55,674 bases of DNA from a virus (lineage: Duplodnaviria > Caudoviricetes). Both the position numbers and the translations under genes were made by a program. Location: positions 1 through 55,674 of IMG/VR virus record IMGVR_UViG_3300032282_003382; one strand, given 5' to 3'. Below the pieces are notes generated by a model, which saw only the letters and a program-made list of their open reading frames with translations, did no database searches and was not told where the DNA came from. Shown here one piece after another: positions 47,747 to 55,674 of this stretch; position 1 is the stretch's first letter, and each line of letters starts with the position of its first letter.

Positions 47747-48587
47747 AATCAAAGTAGCAGAACTATTTTATAGCATACAAGGAGAAGGTAGGTACATGGG
47801 TGTGCCTAGTGTGTTCTTGCGTGTATTTGGATGTAACTTTAAATGTGCCGGTTTTGGCATGCCCCGAGGAGAATTCAGCAATGAAGCTATCAATATTGAC
47901 CCTGCTAACTATACCGACTACAAATCCCTTCCTCTTGTTAGCACAGGTTGTGATAGTTACGCTAGTTGGGATCCTCGCTTTAAGCATCTATCTCCCGTTT
48001 TGGATACTGATGCGATTGCCCTTGCTATTGTGGATACGCTACCGCACAAGGAATGGCGCGACGAACATCTGGTGATCACAGGAGGTGAACCTTTATTAGG
48101 ATGGCAACGAGCATATCCAGACTTGCTGCGGCATCCTAAAATGGCAGATCTTAAAGAGATCACTTTCGAAACTAACGGTACTCAACCACTAACTGATGAG
48201 CTGGCTGATTACTTGCTAGAATGGTTGATGCCACATCCAGATTATACCAGAGAAATCACATTCAGTGTTAGTGCAAAACTACCATGCTCAGGTGAGAAGT
48301 GGTCAGATGCCATTAAGCCCGAGGTAGTAGCAGGTTATCAGCAGCTAGGTTATGTGTATCTCAAGTTTGTGGTGGCCACAGATCGTGATGTGCAAGATGC
48401 TATCATGGCCGCGCATGAGTTCAAGGAGGCAGGTGTGGATGTGCCTGTGTATCTAATGCCCGTAGGTGGTGTGGAAAGTGTTTATAGTCTGAACAATCGC
48501 ACAGTGGCACACAAGGCCATGGAACTGGGTTATCGTTACAGCGATAGACTTCAGGTCCCTTTGTTTAAAAATGCCTGGGGTACTTGA
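47739..48587 (+). CDS. queE: 7-carboxy-7-deazaguanine synthase
   Basis: ELFYSIQGEG, FLRVFGCNFKC...GCDS, ITGGEP, ETNGT, SVSAKL, YLMP, RLQV. Confidence 0.92.
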   Translation: MSKIKVAELFYSIQGEGRYMGVPSVFLRVFGCNFKCAGFGMPRGEFSNEAINIDPANYTDYKSLPLVSTGCDSYASWDPRFKHLSPVLDTDAIALAIVDTLPHKEWRDEHLVITGGEPLLGWQRAYPDLLRHPKMADLKEITFETNGTQPLTDELADYLLEWLMPHPDYTREITFSVSAKLPCSGEKWSDAIKPEVVAGYQQLGYVYLKFVVATDRDVQDAIMAAHEFKEAGVDVPVYLMPVGGVESVYSLNNRTVAHKAMELGYRYSDRLQVPLFKNAWGT

Positions 48588-48590
48588 TGT

Positions 48591-48674
48591 GGCCCAGGTG
48601 ACTCTGTTGTGGAACAACTCTAGCATGATGCTGATGAACACCTGATATGGTTACTTAAAGGAAAGTCACTATGA
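48591..48674 (+). pseudogene. Possible gene remnant after queE
   Basis: Reads GPGDSVVEQL*HDADEHLIWLLKGKSL with internal TAG and no start. Confidence 0.3.
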
Positions 48675-48744
48675 GAAAATTAGTTAATAAATAATGCACG
48701 AACCCTTCGACTCAATTGCTAGTATCAACCTATCAGGAATAACC

Positions 48745-49119
48745 ATGAACAATTTTTTCAAGAAGATATTTGGATCCAAACCTGACCCAGAACCTAAGGT
48801 TAACATCCCACGCAAACCCAAAGAGCTTAGTCCTAAAGAAAAGGCTACTGCTTCTAACGAACCCTATATTGCTATACTAAGTGTAGATATAGACGACACT
48901 AATCCAAGAAATGGTAGCTTTGAACTAGACTGGAACGAATTCTTTGTTGCTAAACTGATCAGAGCAGGATATGTGGGCAAAGATGATAGTCAGATCATCG
49001 ATCAATGGTTCCAGGATGTCTGTCGTCATGTTGTCTTGGAAACCTATGAGCAATATGAAGCCATGAATCCCAAAGTTCGTCGTAAAGACAGGAATGACGG
49101 TAGAGCTGAGTACAGTTAA
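48745..49119 (+). CDS. Hypothetical phage protein
   Basis: AGGA SD; KEKAT..EPY, GSFELDWN, DQWF; alternative start 48694. Confidence 0.75.
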   Translation: MNNFFKKIFGSKPDPEPKVNIPRKPKELSPKEKATASNEPYIAILSVDIDDTNPRNGSFELDWNEFFVAKLIRAGYVGKDDSQIIDQWFQDVCRHVVLETYEQYEAMNPKVRRKDRNDGRAEYS

Positions 49120-49640
49120 TGATACTCTATGTCACTGGACATAACCATATTCTGGCACCTAAAGCAGCATCAGACTTCGAATACGCTGAACAAGATACCC
49201 AGATAGCCTATAAACAAACTCATGTACATCCAGCTAACAAACCCTACACCTACGCCCATAGACTAAGCCAGATTCTTAAGGCCAGATTATTTCTGGATGC
49301 TATGTTTTATCAGTCTGATGCAGAAAGTGTAAACAAGTTTTTAAACTTTGTATTGATAGATCAACCCGAACAATATGTAGCGATTCTGGCCCTGGCCAGA
49401 CCTAGTAAAGAGACATCAGAACAACTTAATACGAGCCTAAGGTCCTATAATAGACCAGATCCGATATTCATTTACTATTATGAACTTCAGAGCCAGTTTA
49501 ATCCAACCTGGGCCATGCCACATCTGATAATGCCCACAACCGAAACCATATTCAAAACATATACTGATGAACTTACTATGTCTGATGCCCATATGGCTTG
49601 GACCAAAATACTTCTAAAAAGGTTGACAGCTACTGAATAA
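49119..49640 (+). CDS. Hypothetical protein, possibly degenerate SGNH-like
   Basis: MILYVTG..H, HPAN, AHMAW. Confidence 0.55.
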   Translation: MILYVTGHNHILAPKAASDFEYAEQDTQIAYKQTHVHPANKPYTYAHRLSQILKARLFLDAMFYQSDAESVNKFLNFVLIDQPEQYVAILALARPSKETSEQLNTSLRSYNRPDPIFIYYYELQSQFNPTWAMPHLIMPTTETIFKTYTDELTMSDAHMAWTKILLKRLTATE

Positions 49641-49651
49641 AGTGCTATTAT
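49623..49651 (+). promoter_or_regulatory. Sigma70-type promoter
   Basis: TTGACA-17 nt-TATTAT with extended TG. Confidence 0.75.
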
Positions 49652-49679
49652 TATTCTACATAATTTCTAAAGGTTTAAC

Positions 49680-50729
49680 ATGAAATATTTGCTTGTAGAT
49701 TTAGCCAATGGGTTTTTTAGGGCTCGTCATGTAGCACATCGTGGTAGTGAACTAGAGGAACGAGTAGCGTTTGCTATTCATGTAACTCTGGGTAGCATAC
49801 AAAAGGCCTGGCGTGAACAAAAAGCAGACCATGTAGTATTCTGTTTAGAAGGGCGCAGCTGGCGTAAGGACTATTACAAACCCTACAAAGCTAATCGTGC
49901 CGAAGCTCGTGCAGCACAAACAGAAAAAGAACAGGAAGAAGATAAGGCATTCTGGGGTGCATTTGATGACCTACAACAATACCTTATTAATAGTACCTGT
50001 TGTACAGTACTACAACATAAACAACTAGAAGCAGATGATCTTATTGCTGGTTGGATACAAATACATCCAAACGACAGTCACGTAATCATTAGCTCTGACT
50101 CAGACTTCCATCAACTACTAGCAACTAATGTAGAACAATACAATGGCGTAGCAGATGAGCTGCATACCATTAACGGCATCTATGATAAGAAGGGTAAATT
50201 AGTACTGGATAAGAAGACCAAGGAGCCCAAGACTATTCCTGATCCTGAATGGATCTTGTTTGAAAAAGTTATGCGTGGTGATCCTACTGACAATATTTTT
50301 AGTGCCTATCCAGGTGTACGCACTAAAGGTTCTAAAACTAAAGTAGGGTTAACAGAAGCCTATGAGGATCGTCACAAACAAGGATTTGCCTGGAATAACC
50401 TAATGTTACAACGCTGGACAGACCATAACGGTGTTGAGCATAAAGTATTAGATGATTATCATCGCAATCGTGTACTAGTAGACCTCAAAGCACAGCCTGA
50501 TGCCATTAAGTCTATTATTGTACAAACAATTACTGAAGCAAGTACTGCTAAATTAGTCAGCATGGTAGGTGCAAAGTTTCTGAAATACTGTGGCAAATAT
50601 GACCTGGTTAAACTAAGTGAACAAGCCACACAATATTCAGAAATGCTTAACAGCACTTATCCTGAAACAGAAGCATCTGCTGATACGCAGAACTTTCTGA
50701 AACAACTTACACTGGAGAATGTATCATGA
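49680..50729 (+). CDS. rnh: T4 RNase H-like 5'-3' exonuclease (FEN family)
   Basis: LLVD..N, SWRK.YY..YKANR, EADD, SSDSDF.QL, GD..DNI. Confidence 0.92.
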   Translation: MKYLLVDLANGFFRARHVAHRGSELEERVAFAIHVTLGSIQKAWREQKADHVVFCLEGRSWRKDYYKPYKANRAEARAAQTEKEQEEDKAFWGAFDDLQQYLINSTCCTVLQHKQLEADDLIAGWIQIHPNDSHVIISSDSDFHQLLATNVEQYNGVADELHTINGIYDKKGKLVLDKKTKEPKTIPDPEWILFEKVMRGDPTDNIFSAYPGVRTKGSKTKVGLTEAYEDRHKQGFAWNNLMLQRWTDHNGVEHKVLDDYHRNRVLVDLKAQPDAIKSIIVQTITEASTAKLVSMVGAKFLKYCGKYDLVKLSEQATQYSEMLNSTYPETEASADTQNFLKQLTLENVS

Positions 50730-51205
50730 GCTTAACTGCAAAACCCATTGTTAAAAATAAATTCTGGATCGTAGAGAAGGATGGCGAAAAGGTTGCTACC
50801 ATCCAACGCAATACTCAGGGTGTAGTATATGTACACAATAATGAACGTAAGTTATTTGATAACATCAAGAACTTAGAAAAGACTTACAACATTAGTTTTG
50901 ATACTAAAGTTCAGACTAAACCTAAGGCAGTAGTAACTGAAGACATTTCAGGTTATCCTACTGCACATCGTCCACATAATGTCCTTAAAGATATTAAACA
51001 CAAATCCTTCATCTATACCAAGAGTGCCAAGAGCAAGAGTTATTTCTGTGCTGGCTATTACATCATTGAATTTAGTAATAACTGGATGCCTAGCTTTTGT
51101 CCTAAACTAATTACTCTACAACGATATAAGTTTCAGGGTCCGTTTAAGTCTAAGTTAGAACAACAAGAACATCTTAGGTTGGCTAATACCAAGGACGTAA
51201 TTTAA
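50726..51205 (+). CDS. Hypothetical phage protein
   Basis: GGAG SD; KSKSYFCAGYY, FCPKLITLQRY..GPF. Confidence 0.75.
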   Translation: MSLTAKPIVKNKFWIVEKDGEKVATIQRNTQGVVYVHNNERKLFDNIKNLEKTYNISFDTKVQTKPKAVVTEDISGYPTAHRPHNVLKDIKHKSFIYTKSAKSKSYFCAGYYIIEFSNNWMPSFCPKLITLQRYKFQGPFKSKLEQQEHLRLANTKDVI

Positions 51206-51405
51206 TGGACAGTATTGTAAAGAAATTTAACGAAAAAGTACAAATACTGAACCAATCCGGCTCAAAAGAGTTAACTTTGGGTGCAAAAGAAGCCAGGGAA
51301 TTGCATCATGCAATTTTCAACATGCTAGAGCGTATTAGTGAGCTTGAGAAGGCCAAGGCCACTGATAATGTGGTTGAATTGATAGCTGATGGTGGTAAAT
51401 TTTAA
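51205..51405 (+). CDS. Hypothetical protein
   Basis: AAGGA SD; ends DGGKF. Confidence 0.7.
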   Translation: MDSIVKKFNEKVQILNQSGSKELTLGAKEARELHHAIFNMLERISELEKAKATDNVVELIADGGKF

Positions 51406-51431
51406 GTTTTTTTTAGATAAATACTTATATA

Positions 51432-51731
51432 ATGAGCAGACCTAAACCTACAGTATTAATTGAGCAGGTTCAAAAAACGACCTATAAATGCGACCAGATT
51501 TTAGAAAGCCAGGGCATTTGGGCTGTGTTCTATGAGAACAAACCCATTAACCTAAAAAGCTCTAACCTAGTTACCAGTTACCCAGGTCCAAAGTATAAGA
51601 AGGTTAGTTTCAGTAACCAGGGTCATGCTATCAACTTATGTAAGAAATTAAATGCCTTGTTCAAAACTGACAAATTTTCTGTAGTATTGCTCACACAAGG
51701 TGACACAATCTACCCTAAACCCACAGCGTAA
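51432..51731 (+). CDS. Hypothetical phage protein
   Basis: MSRPKP, GPKYKKVSFSNQGHA. Confidence 0.75.
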   Translation: MSRPKPTVLIEQVQKTTYKCDQILESQGIWAVFYENKPINLKSSNLVTSYPGPKYKKVSFSNQGHAINLCKKLNALFKTDKFSVVLLTQGDTIYPKPTA

Positions 51732-52086
51732 TTATGTAGAGCAGATACTTAAACTGCTCAGCATAGACATAACGCTAGAATCCCTAAACCAGTATCAATT
51801 TCTTATTTGGAAAAATCCGTTTGATCCTAACTCCATGCAGTTAACCAAACATGGTTATCAGATATTCCGTGATAAATTGACATTAGAAGCAAAGCGTTTT
51901 AAAATAAAACCTGAACACGCAAAAACTAAAACCTACGCTATTATATCTAAAAAAATGGCAGGACCTTTTTACTTTAGCCCAGCATATACTTTGTATGCAT
52001 TTGATAGTCGCGACTCCTTCATGTTAAGTTTAATGAGTGGTGATTTAAGTCAGTACCTGGAACAAAATAGTTTTCGTGATAACTAG
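51700..52086 (+). CDS. Hypothetical protein
   Basis: 128-aa ORF; MQLTKHG, GPFY. Confidence 0.6.
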   Translation: MTQSTLNPQRNYVEQILKLLSIDITLESLNQYQFLIWKNPFDPNSMQLTKHGYQIFRDKLTLEAKRFKIKPEHAKTKTYAIISKKMAGPFYFSPAYTLYAFDSRDSFMLSLMSGDLSQYLEQNSFRDN

Positions 52087-52094
52087 GAGTTAAT

Positions 52095-52769
52095 GTGGCA
52101 ATAGATTGGAAGTATCCATTGCATGAAGATGGTGTATATTATTGTATACCTAAGTCTGATCAGGAATTACATACATTCATTGAACCTAACTTAGATACAG
52201 GTCCCTGGATAGCAGGTGGTGCTGCTCTGAGATGGTATGAGGGTAAATCCCTGGACGACCATGATGTAGATATATTTTGTAGCAGTCAAGAACAATATGA
52301 TAATGTTAACAATAAAATTCATGCAAGATACATTGATGACCCTACTGCCTACTGCATTACTAAATTATTTGAAACTGATAATGCATCAACTTTAAGAATT
52401 GATAAAATAGTAAAAAATTCTGACTCCTTGTTTGGGCTAAATGGCATAGCCATCAGCTGGAAAATTCAGTTAATTAAAAAGTTTATGCCTGCAAACTTGG
52501 ACGAATTATTAGATAAGTTTGATATTAGTGTCTGTAAGGTAGCTACAGACTTTAAAAAATTTAAAGTTAACCCTGAAGCTGCCAGAGACATTAAAGCCAA
52601 ACGTCTGTACTTTCCCAATGGCTTTAAACCAGATAGCCTAAAACGCATAGTGAAATACAATGCCTATGGTTATACCCCTGATCCTGATATCTGGGATAAA
52701 TTATTCCAAGTAGAAGGCCTAGTAACTAAATTCCATCCCAATGTTGGAGATTATGACAATGCATTCTGA
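52095..52769 (+). CDS. Pol-beta superfamily nucleotidyltransferase (CCA/poly(A) polymerase head-like)
   Basis: WIAGGAAL...DVDIF, IQLI, FDISVC, RIVKY..YG; AGGAG SD and GTG start. Confidence 0.75.
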   Translation: MAIDWKYPLHEDGVYYCIPKSDQELHTFIEPNLDTGPWIAGGAALRWYEGKSLDDHDVDIFCSSQEQYDNVNNKIHARYIDDPTAYCITKLFETDNASTLRIDKIVKNSDSLFGLNGIAISWKIQLIKKFMPANLDELLDKFDISVCKVATDFKKFKVNPEAARDIKAKRLYFPNGFKPDSLKRIVKYNAYGYTPDPDIWDKLFQVEGLVTKFHPNVGDYDNAF

Positions 52770-53133
52770 AGCTGGCTGGAGTTTGCTAAGTCCTAACCCA
52801 ATTATTAAGTACCTACCAGAGTTTGATGAACATATAGTATACTGGTGTGGCATAGGTATGCTACATTCTACGGCTTTAACTCTGGCATGTCACCATATGG
52901 CTAATATCTACCCTGGTGCTAGCGTTAAAGCAGCCTTGTATGATAAATTTTTGAAATTATATAATGCTGGGGCATTTCAGACTTCAGACTGGGACACACT
53001 GGCTAACCAAGGTTATGCAACTCATTATGACTTAATTAGTAGCTGGTTAAAAAATAAGGGCGGAACTGCCCCGGGTCCTGATCGAGATTTAATTCAAGTG
53101 CTATCCATGCTTAAACTAAACCAGAGTGTTTAA
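52753..53133 (+). CDS. Hypothetical protein
   Basis: GGAG SD before ATG 52753. Confidence 0.6.
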   Translation: MTMHSEAGWSLLSPNPIIKYLPEFDEHIVYWCGIGMLHSTALTLACHHMANIYPGASVKAALYDKFLKLYNAGAFQTSDWDTLANQGYATHYDLISSWLKNKGGTAPGPDRDLIQVLSMLKLNQSV

Positions 53134-53158
53134 TATAATTATTAGTAAGGAATTAATC

Positions 53159-53365
53159 ATGTACAATACCAGAATATCAGATTTAGAATACAAACATGTC
53201 TTATTAGAGCGAGAAATTATCAAACTAGGACAGAACCCTAACTTTGATGAAACTCAGATGACCGAACTTAAGAAGAAAAAACTAGCCATCAAAGATGAAA
53301 TTACTCGCCTGCACAGACTACAATGGGATATAGATCATGAACATGTGGGTTACGGCGACGAATAA
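53159..53365 (+). CDS. DUF465/YdcH-like small coiled-coil protein
   Basis: L..KH..LEREI...LKKKKLAIKDEI. Confidence 0.75.
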   Translation: MYNTRISDLEYKHVLLEREIIKLGQNPNFDETQMTELKKKKLAIKDEITRLHRLQWDIDHEHVGYGDE

Positions 53366-53370
53366 AACAG

Positions 53371-53399
53371 TTGACAAGCATCTGAAAAGATGCTATACT
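53371..53399 (+). promoter_or_regulatory. Sigma70-type promoter with palindromic spacer
   Basis: TTGACA-17 nt-TATACT; AGCATCT-gaaa-AGATGCT lies inside. Confidence 0.85.
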
Positions 53400-53439
53400 G
53401 GTAACTGTTTGCTAATTTGTTTAGCCTGGAGATAAAACG

Positions 53440-53829
53440 ATGGCGTTCCATTTAGAGGGTCCTTGGCTTACTACCACAGGTAAAAAGAAAGGCAAGGTTA
53501 AATTTCGCAATGCAGAACAAGCTCGCAACGCTCGTATGAATAAAGAAAGCTGGGAAAAACTCCTGCAAGATCATAAGGTTACGGCAGAAGAAAAAAAACG
53601 CAAGCGGGCATTGGCAAGTAAGCCCTATGTGCCAGCCATGCCTGGCTATCGTGGTGCTACTGACCCACGCATTCCTAGTTTGGAGACCACAGGTGCGCCT
53701 TGTGTAAAAGCGCCTGCCAAGATCTACACTGGTGACAAGATGATTGGTATTTCACAAATGCCAAAGTCAAACGCTGTTCCAATTTTCAATCCGGACCACA
53801 TCATAGAAATTGCTCGTATGCGAAGATAA
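53440..53829 (+). CDS. Basic hypothetical phage protein
   Basis: GGAG SD; YTG..MIGI..M.KSNAVP. Confidence 0.75.
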   Translation: MAFHLEGPWLTTTGKKKGKVKFRNAEQARNARMNKESWEKLLQDHKVTAEEKKRKRALASKPYVPAMPGYRGATDPRIPSLETTGAPCVKAPAKIYTGDKMIGISQMPKSNAVPIFNPDHIIEIARMRR

Positions 53830-53857
53830 TACACAGGTAGCAAAATGTATCACTACA

Positions 53858-54238
53858 ATGGAATTAGACAAAATGGAAACTGAAAACACCCTGTGGGAAC
53901 AGAACGAAGTATTTCGTATACTCAGCGGCAAACCAGGTACAGCCTATCAGGAGTCTGAGGATTATGAAAAAGCTTCTTTCCGTAAATGGACTGTATCCTT
54001 GCTGCATAATGGGCCTATCACCGTGGAGTTCGTCAAAAGCGATGGAACCCTACGCACCATGCGCTGCACCCTGGATCGGTCACTGATTGATGCGCCCATG
54101 CACCCAGGTTTGACTGAATCCAAGACCCGGACCAAAGATGTCCATGTGCAAACTGTGTGGGATCTGGAAGCCAAGCAGTGGCGCAGTTTCCGCTATGACC
54201 GTTTGAAGATTATCAGTGTGAACATAGAGCTTGCGTAA
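53858..54238 (+). CDS. WYL_2/SH3 beta-barrel-like protein
   Basis: VEFVKSDGTLRTMRCTL...VWDLEAKQWRSFRYD. Confidence 0.75.
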   Translation: MELDKMETENTLWEQNEVFRILSGKPGTAYQESEDYEKASFRKWTVSLLHNGPITVEFVKSDGTLRTMRCTLDRSLIDAPMHPGLTESKTRTKDVHVQTVWDLEAKQWRSFRYDRLKIISVNIELA

Positions 54239-54246
54239 GTAGAAAA

Positions 54247-54825
54247 ATGACCGATCTAAAACAAGAAGTCTATGTAAGTGTAGACGTTGAAACAGATGGG
54301 CCTATACCAGGTCCGCATAGTATGCTGAGTCTGGGTGCTGTAGCAATGTTACCCAATAATGATATTAATCTAAGGGAGATTGATAGTTTTACTACCAATC
54401 TAATTACATTGCCAGGTGCTGCACCAGACCCTGATACACAAATCTGGTGGGAATCACAGGATCCTAAGGTATATGCTGCAAGCAGAGACAATCCTAAAGA
54501 TCCTGTTATTGCCATGACAGAGTTTACAGACTGGTTGGATAAGTTACCTGGATTGCCAGTATGTGTGGCTATGCCAGCAGGCTTTGATTTTATGTTTGTG
54601 TACTGGTATCTGATGCGTTTTGCTCATCGTAGTCCTTTTAGTTTTAGTAGCCTGGATATCAAGACGTATGCCATGGCTGTACAAAAAACTGGATATCGTA
54701 AAAGTGCAAAGCGTTATTGGCCTAGTCGTTGGTTTCCTAAGAACATGCCTCACACCCATGTAGCTCTGGACGATGCTCGTGAACAAGGTCATTTGTTTTT
54801 AAACATACTTAAGGATAACACATGA
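54247..54825 (+). CDS. DEDDh 3'-5' exonuclease (DnaQ/Rv2179c-like)
   Basis: VDVETDGP, GFDF, LDIKT, HVALDDA. Confidence 0.88.
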   Translation: MTDLKQEVYVSVDVETDGPIPGPHSMLSLGAVAMLPNNDINLREIDSFTTNLITLPGAAPDPDTQIWWESQDPKVYAASRDNPKDPVIAMTEFTDWLDKLPGLPVCVAMPAGFDFMFVYWYLMRFAHRSPFSFSSLDIKTYAMAVQKTGYRKSAKRYWPSRWFPKNMPHTHVALDDAREQGHLFLNILKDNT

Positions 54826-55286
54826 AACAAGATATTGAACTAAGCATCAAGAAGTGTTTGAAGTTTTTGCAAATCCGTCAAAAAATACACATCTATAAGT
54901 TTGAAGAACATAAACAGATTCCTGATGCCGACTCTGGTGTATATGTTATTGCCATGGACTCTGGTAAGAAGTCCGAAGCAGTATATGTAGGCAAGGGTGA
55001 CATCAAAGCTCGTCAGATCAGACACGCCTGGAAGGCTTATGATCGTGTACCAGTAGGCCATGCTTATCCCAAGGGCTGGCAATGGCTGGCTGAGAATGTA
55101 GCTCGTGTTCCAGAAAACTGGACTGTGTATTATGTAAGTCTGGAAAAGGAAACAGCAAGGAGTGCCATGGAAGGTGGTCTAATTCATATGCTACAGCCTT
55201 TGGCCAATGATGAGACTTTCAAAGATGAAAACCGTGAAATTTCCCCAGTAGAATCAAGCACTTACAAGGCACGAAAAAAGGCTTGA
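54822..55286 (+). CDS. GIY-YIG nuclease-like protein
   Basis: SGVYVI...VYVGKG...R..RH...E..LI..LQP..N. Confidence 0.75.
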   Translation: MKQDIELSIKKCLKFLQIRQKIHIYKFEEHKQIPDADSGVYVIAMDSGKKSEAVYVGKGDIKARQIRHAWKAYDRVPVGHAYPKGWQWLAENVARVPENWTVYYVSLEKETARSAMEGGLIHMLQPLANDETFKDENREISPVESSTYKARKKA

Positions 55287-55311
55287 CTTTTGGCTCTAAA
55301 TCCAGCATAAT
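55283..55311 (+). promoter_or_regulatory. Sigma70-type promoter
   Basis: TTGACT-17 nt-CATAAT. Confidence 0.7.
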
Positions 55312-55341
55312 GCTTGCATAGTAACTAACTAGGAGCACTAA

Positions 55342-55674
55342 ATGTACGCAATCCAAACAGGCACTAAGTTTCTCAAGCCCAGCGCCAGCTACACATCATT
55401 CTATGATATTGTTGTTACAGAGACTCCTAAGTTCGTTAAGACACATCAGGAAGCTATTGCCCAACGCAATGCTATCCTAGCACAGATTGACAAGAGCATC
55501 GGGTATTTTGAAGCACAGATGGCCAGTGAAGGCGCAAAGGTAGCTAAAGAGCTCGCAAGGATCCCTAAGCTAGAAGCCAAGTTAGCAGAGCTTAAAGAAC
55601 TGCCCTACAAAGAAGTATACAAGCGGATCCCACGCTACGAGAAGGAGCTGAAGGATGCCATGTGGTACAAGACA
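55342..55674 (+). CDS. Hypothetical protein, 3'-truncated (not in ORF track)
   Basis: AGGAG SD; MYAIQTGTKFLKPS... open to window end. Confidence 0.75.
   Translation, partial: MYAIQTGTKFLKPSASYTSFYDIVVTETPKFVKTHQEAIAQRNAILAQIDKSIGYFEAQMASEGAKVAKELARIPKLEAKLAELKELPYKEVYKRIPRYEKELKDAMWYKT

Noticed and set aside
1142-55082. Numerous short minus-strand ORFs in the ORF track
   Set aside because: They lie antisense to well-supported + strand genes, with no SD or recognisable motifs; only phoH is accepted
1-55674. Stop-codon reassignment
   Set aside because: Conserved genes are intact in code 11 and end with TAA, TGA or TAG at expected positions
1-55674. tRNA genes, CRISPR arrays, IS elements, integrase, DGR or retron
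   Set aside because: Intergenic gaps are short; no cloverleaf, repeat-spacer array, transposase or reverse transcriptase motif seen by eye

Overview
The window is a 55.7 kb piece of a large lytic dsDNA tailed phage with T4-like replication genes. It is AT-rich and gene-dense, and all convincing genes except phoH are on the + strand. A spanin pair and TctC/DctP-type binding proteins point to a Gram-negative, probably proteobacterial, host (inference). In order it holds: the end of a virion/tail module; a stand-alone DnaE fragment; GroES; a clamp loader; two orphan solute-binding proteins; PhoH; a lysis/membrane cluster; DnaJ-ClpA; putative internal head proteins; family B DNA polymerase and sliding clamp; a ~16 kb 7-deazaguanine DNA-modification region; then RNase H and small early genes. 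The modification region encodes dpdA, a dpdL-like T-fold gene, a GT-B glycosyltransferase, folE, queD, yhhQ and queE, with no queC in the window. Best candidate for a new system: a replisome-coupled, possibly glycosylated 7-deazaguanine DNA hypermodification pathway. Three observations support it. (i) The glycosyltransferase carries motifs of the queuosine mannosyltransferase QTMAN/GTDC1. (ii) DpdA shares a clamp-binding-like C-terminal motif with the polymerase. (iii) A preQ1-I-riboswitch-like pseudoknot lies in front of queD. All family calls come from motif recognition by eye; no database search was run.
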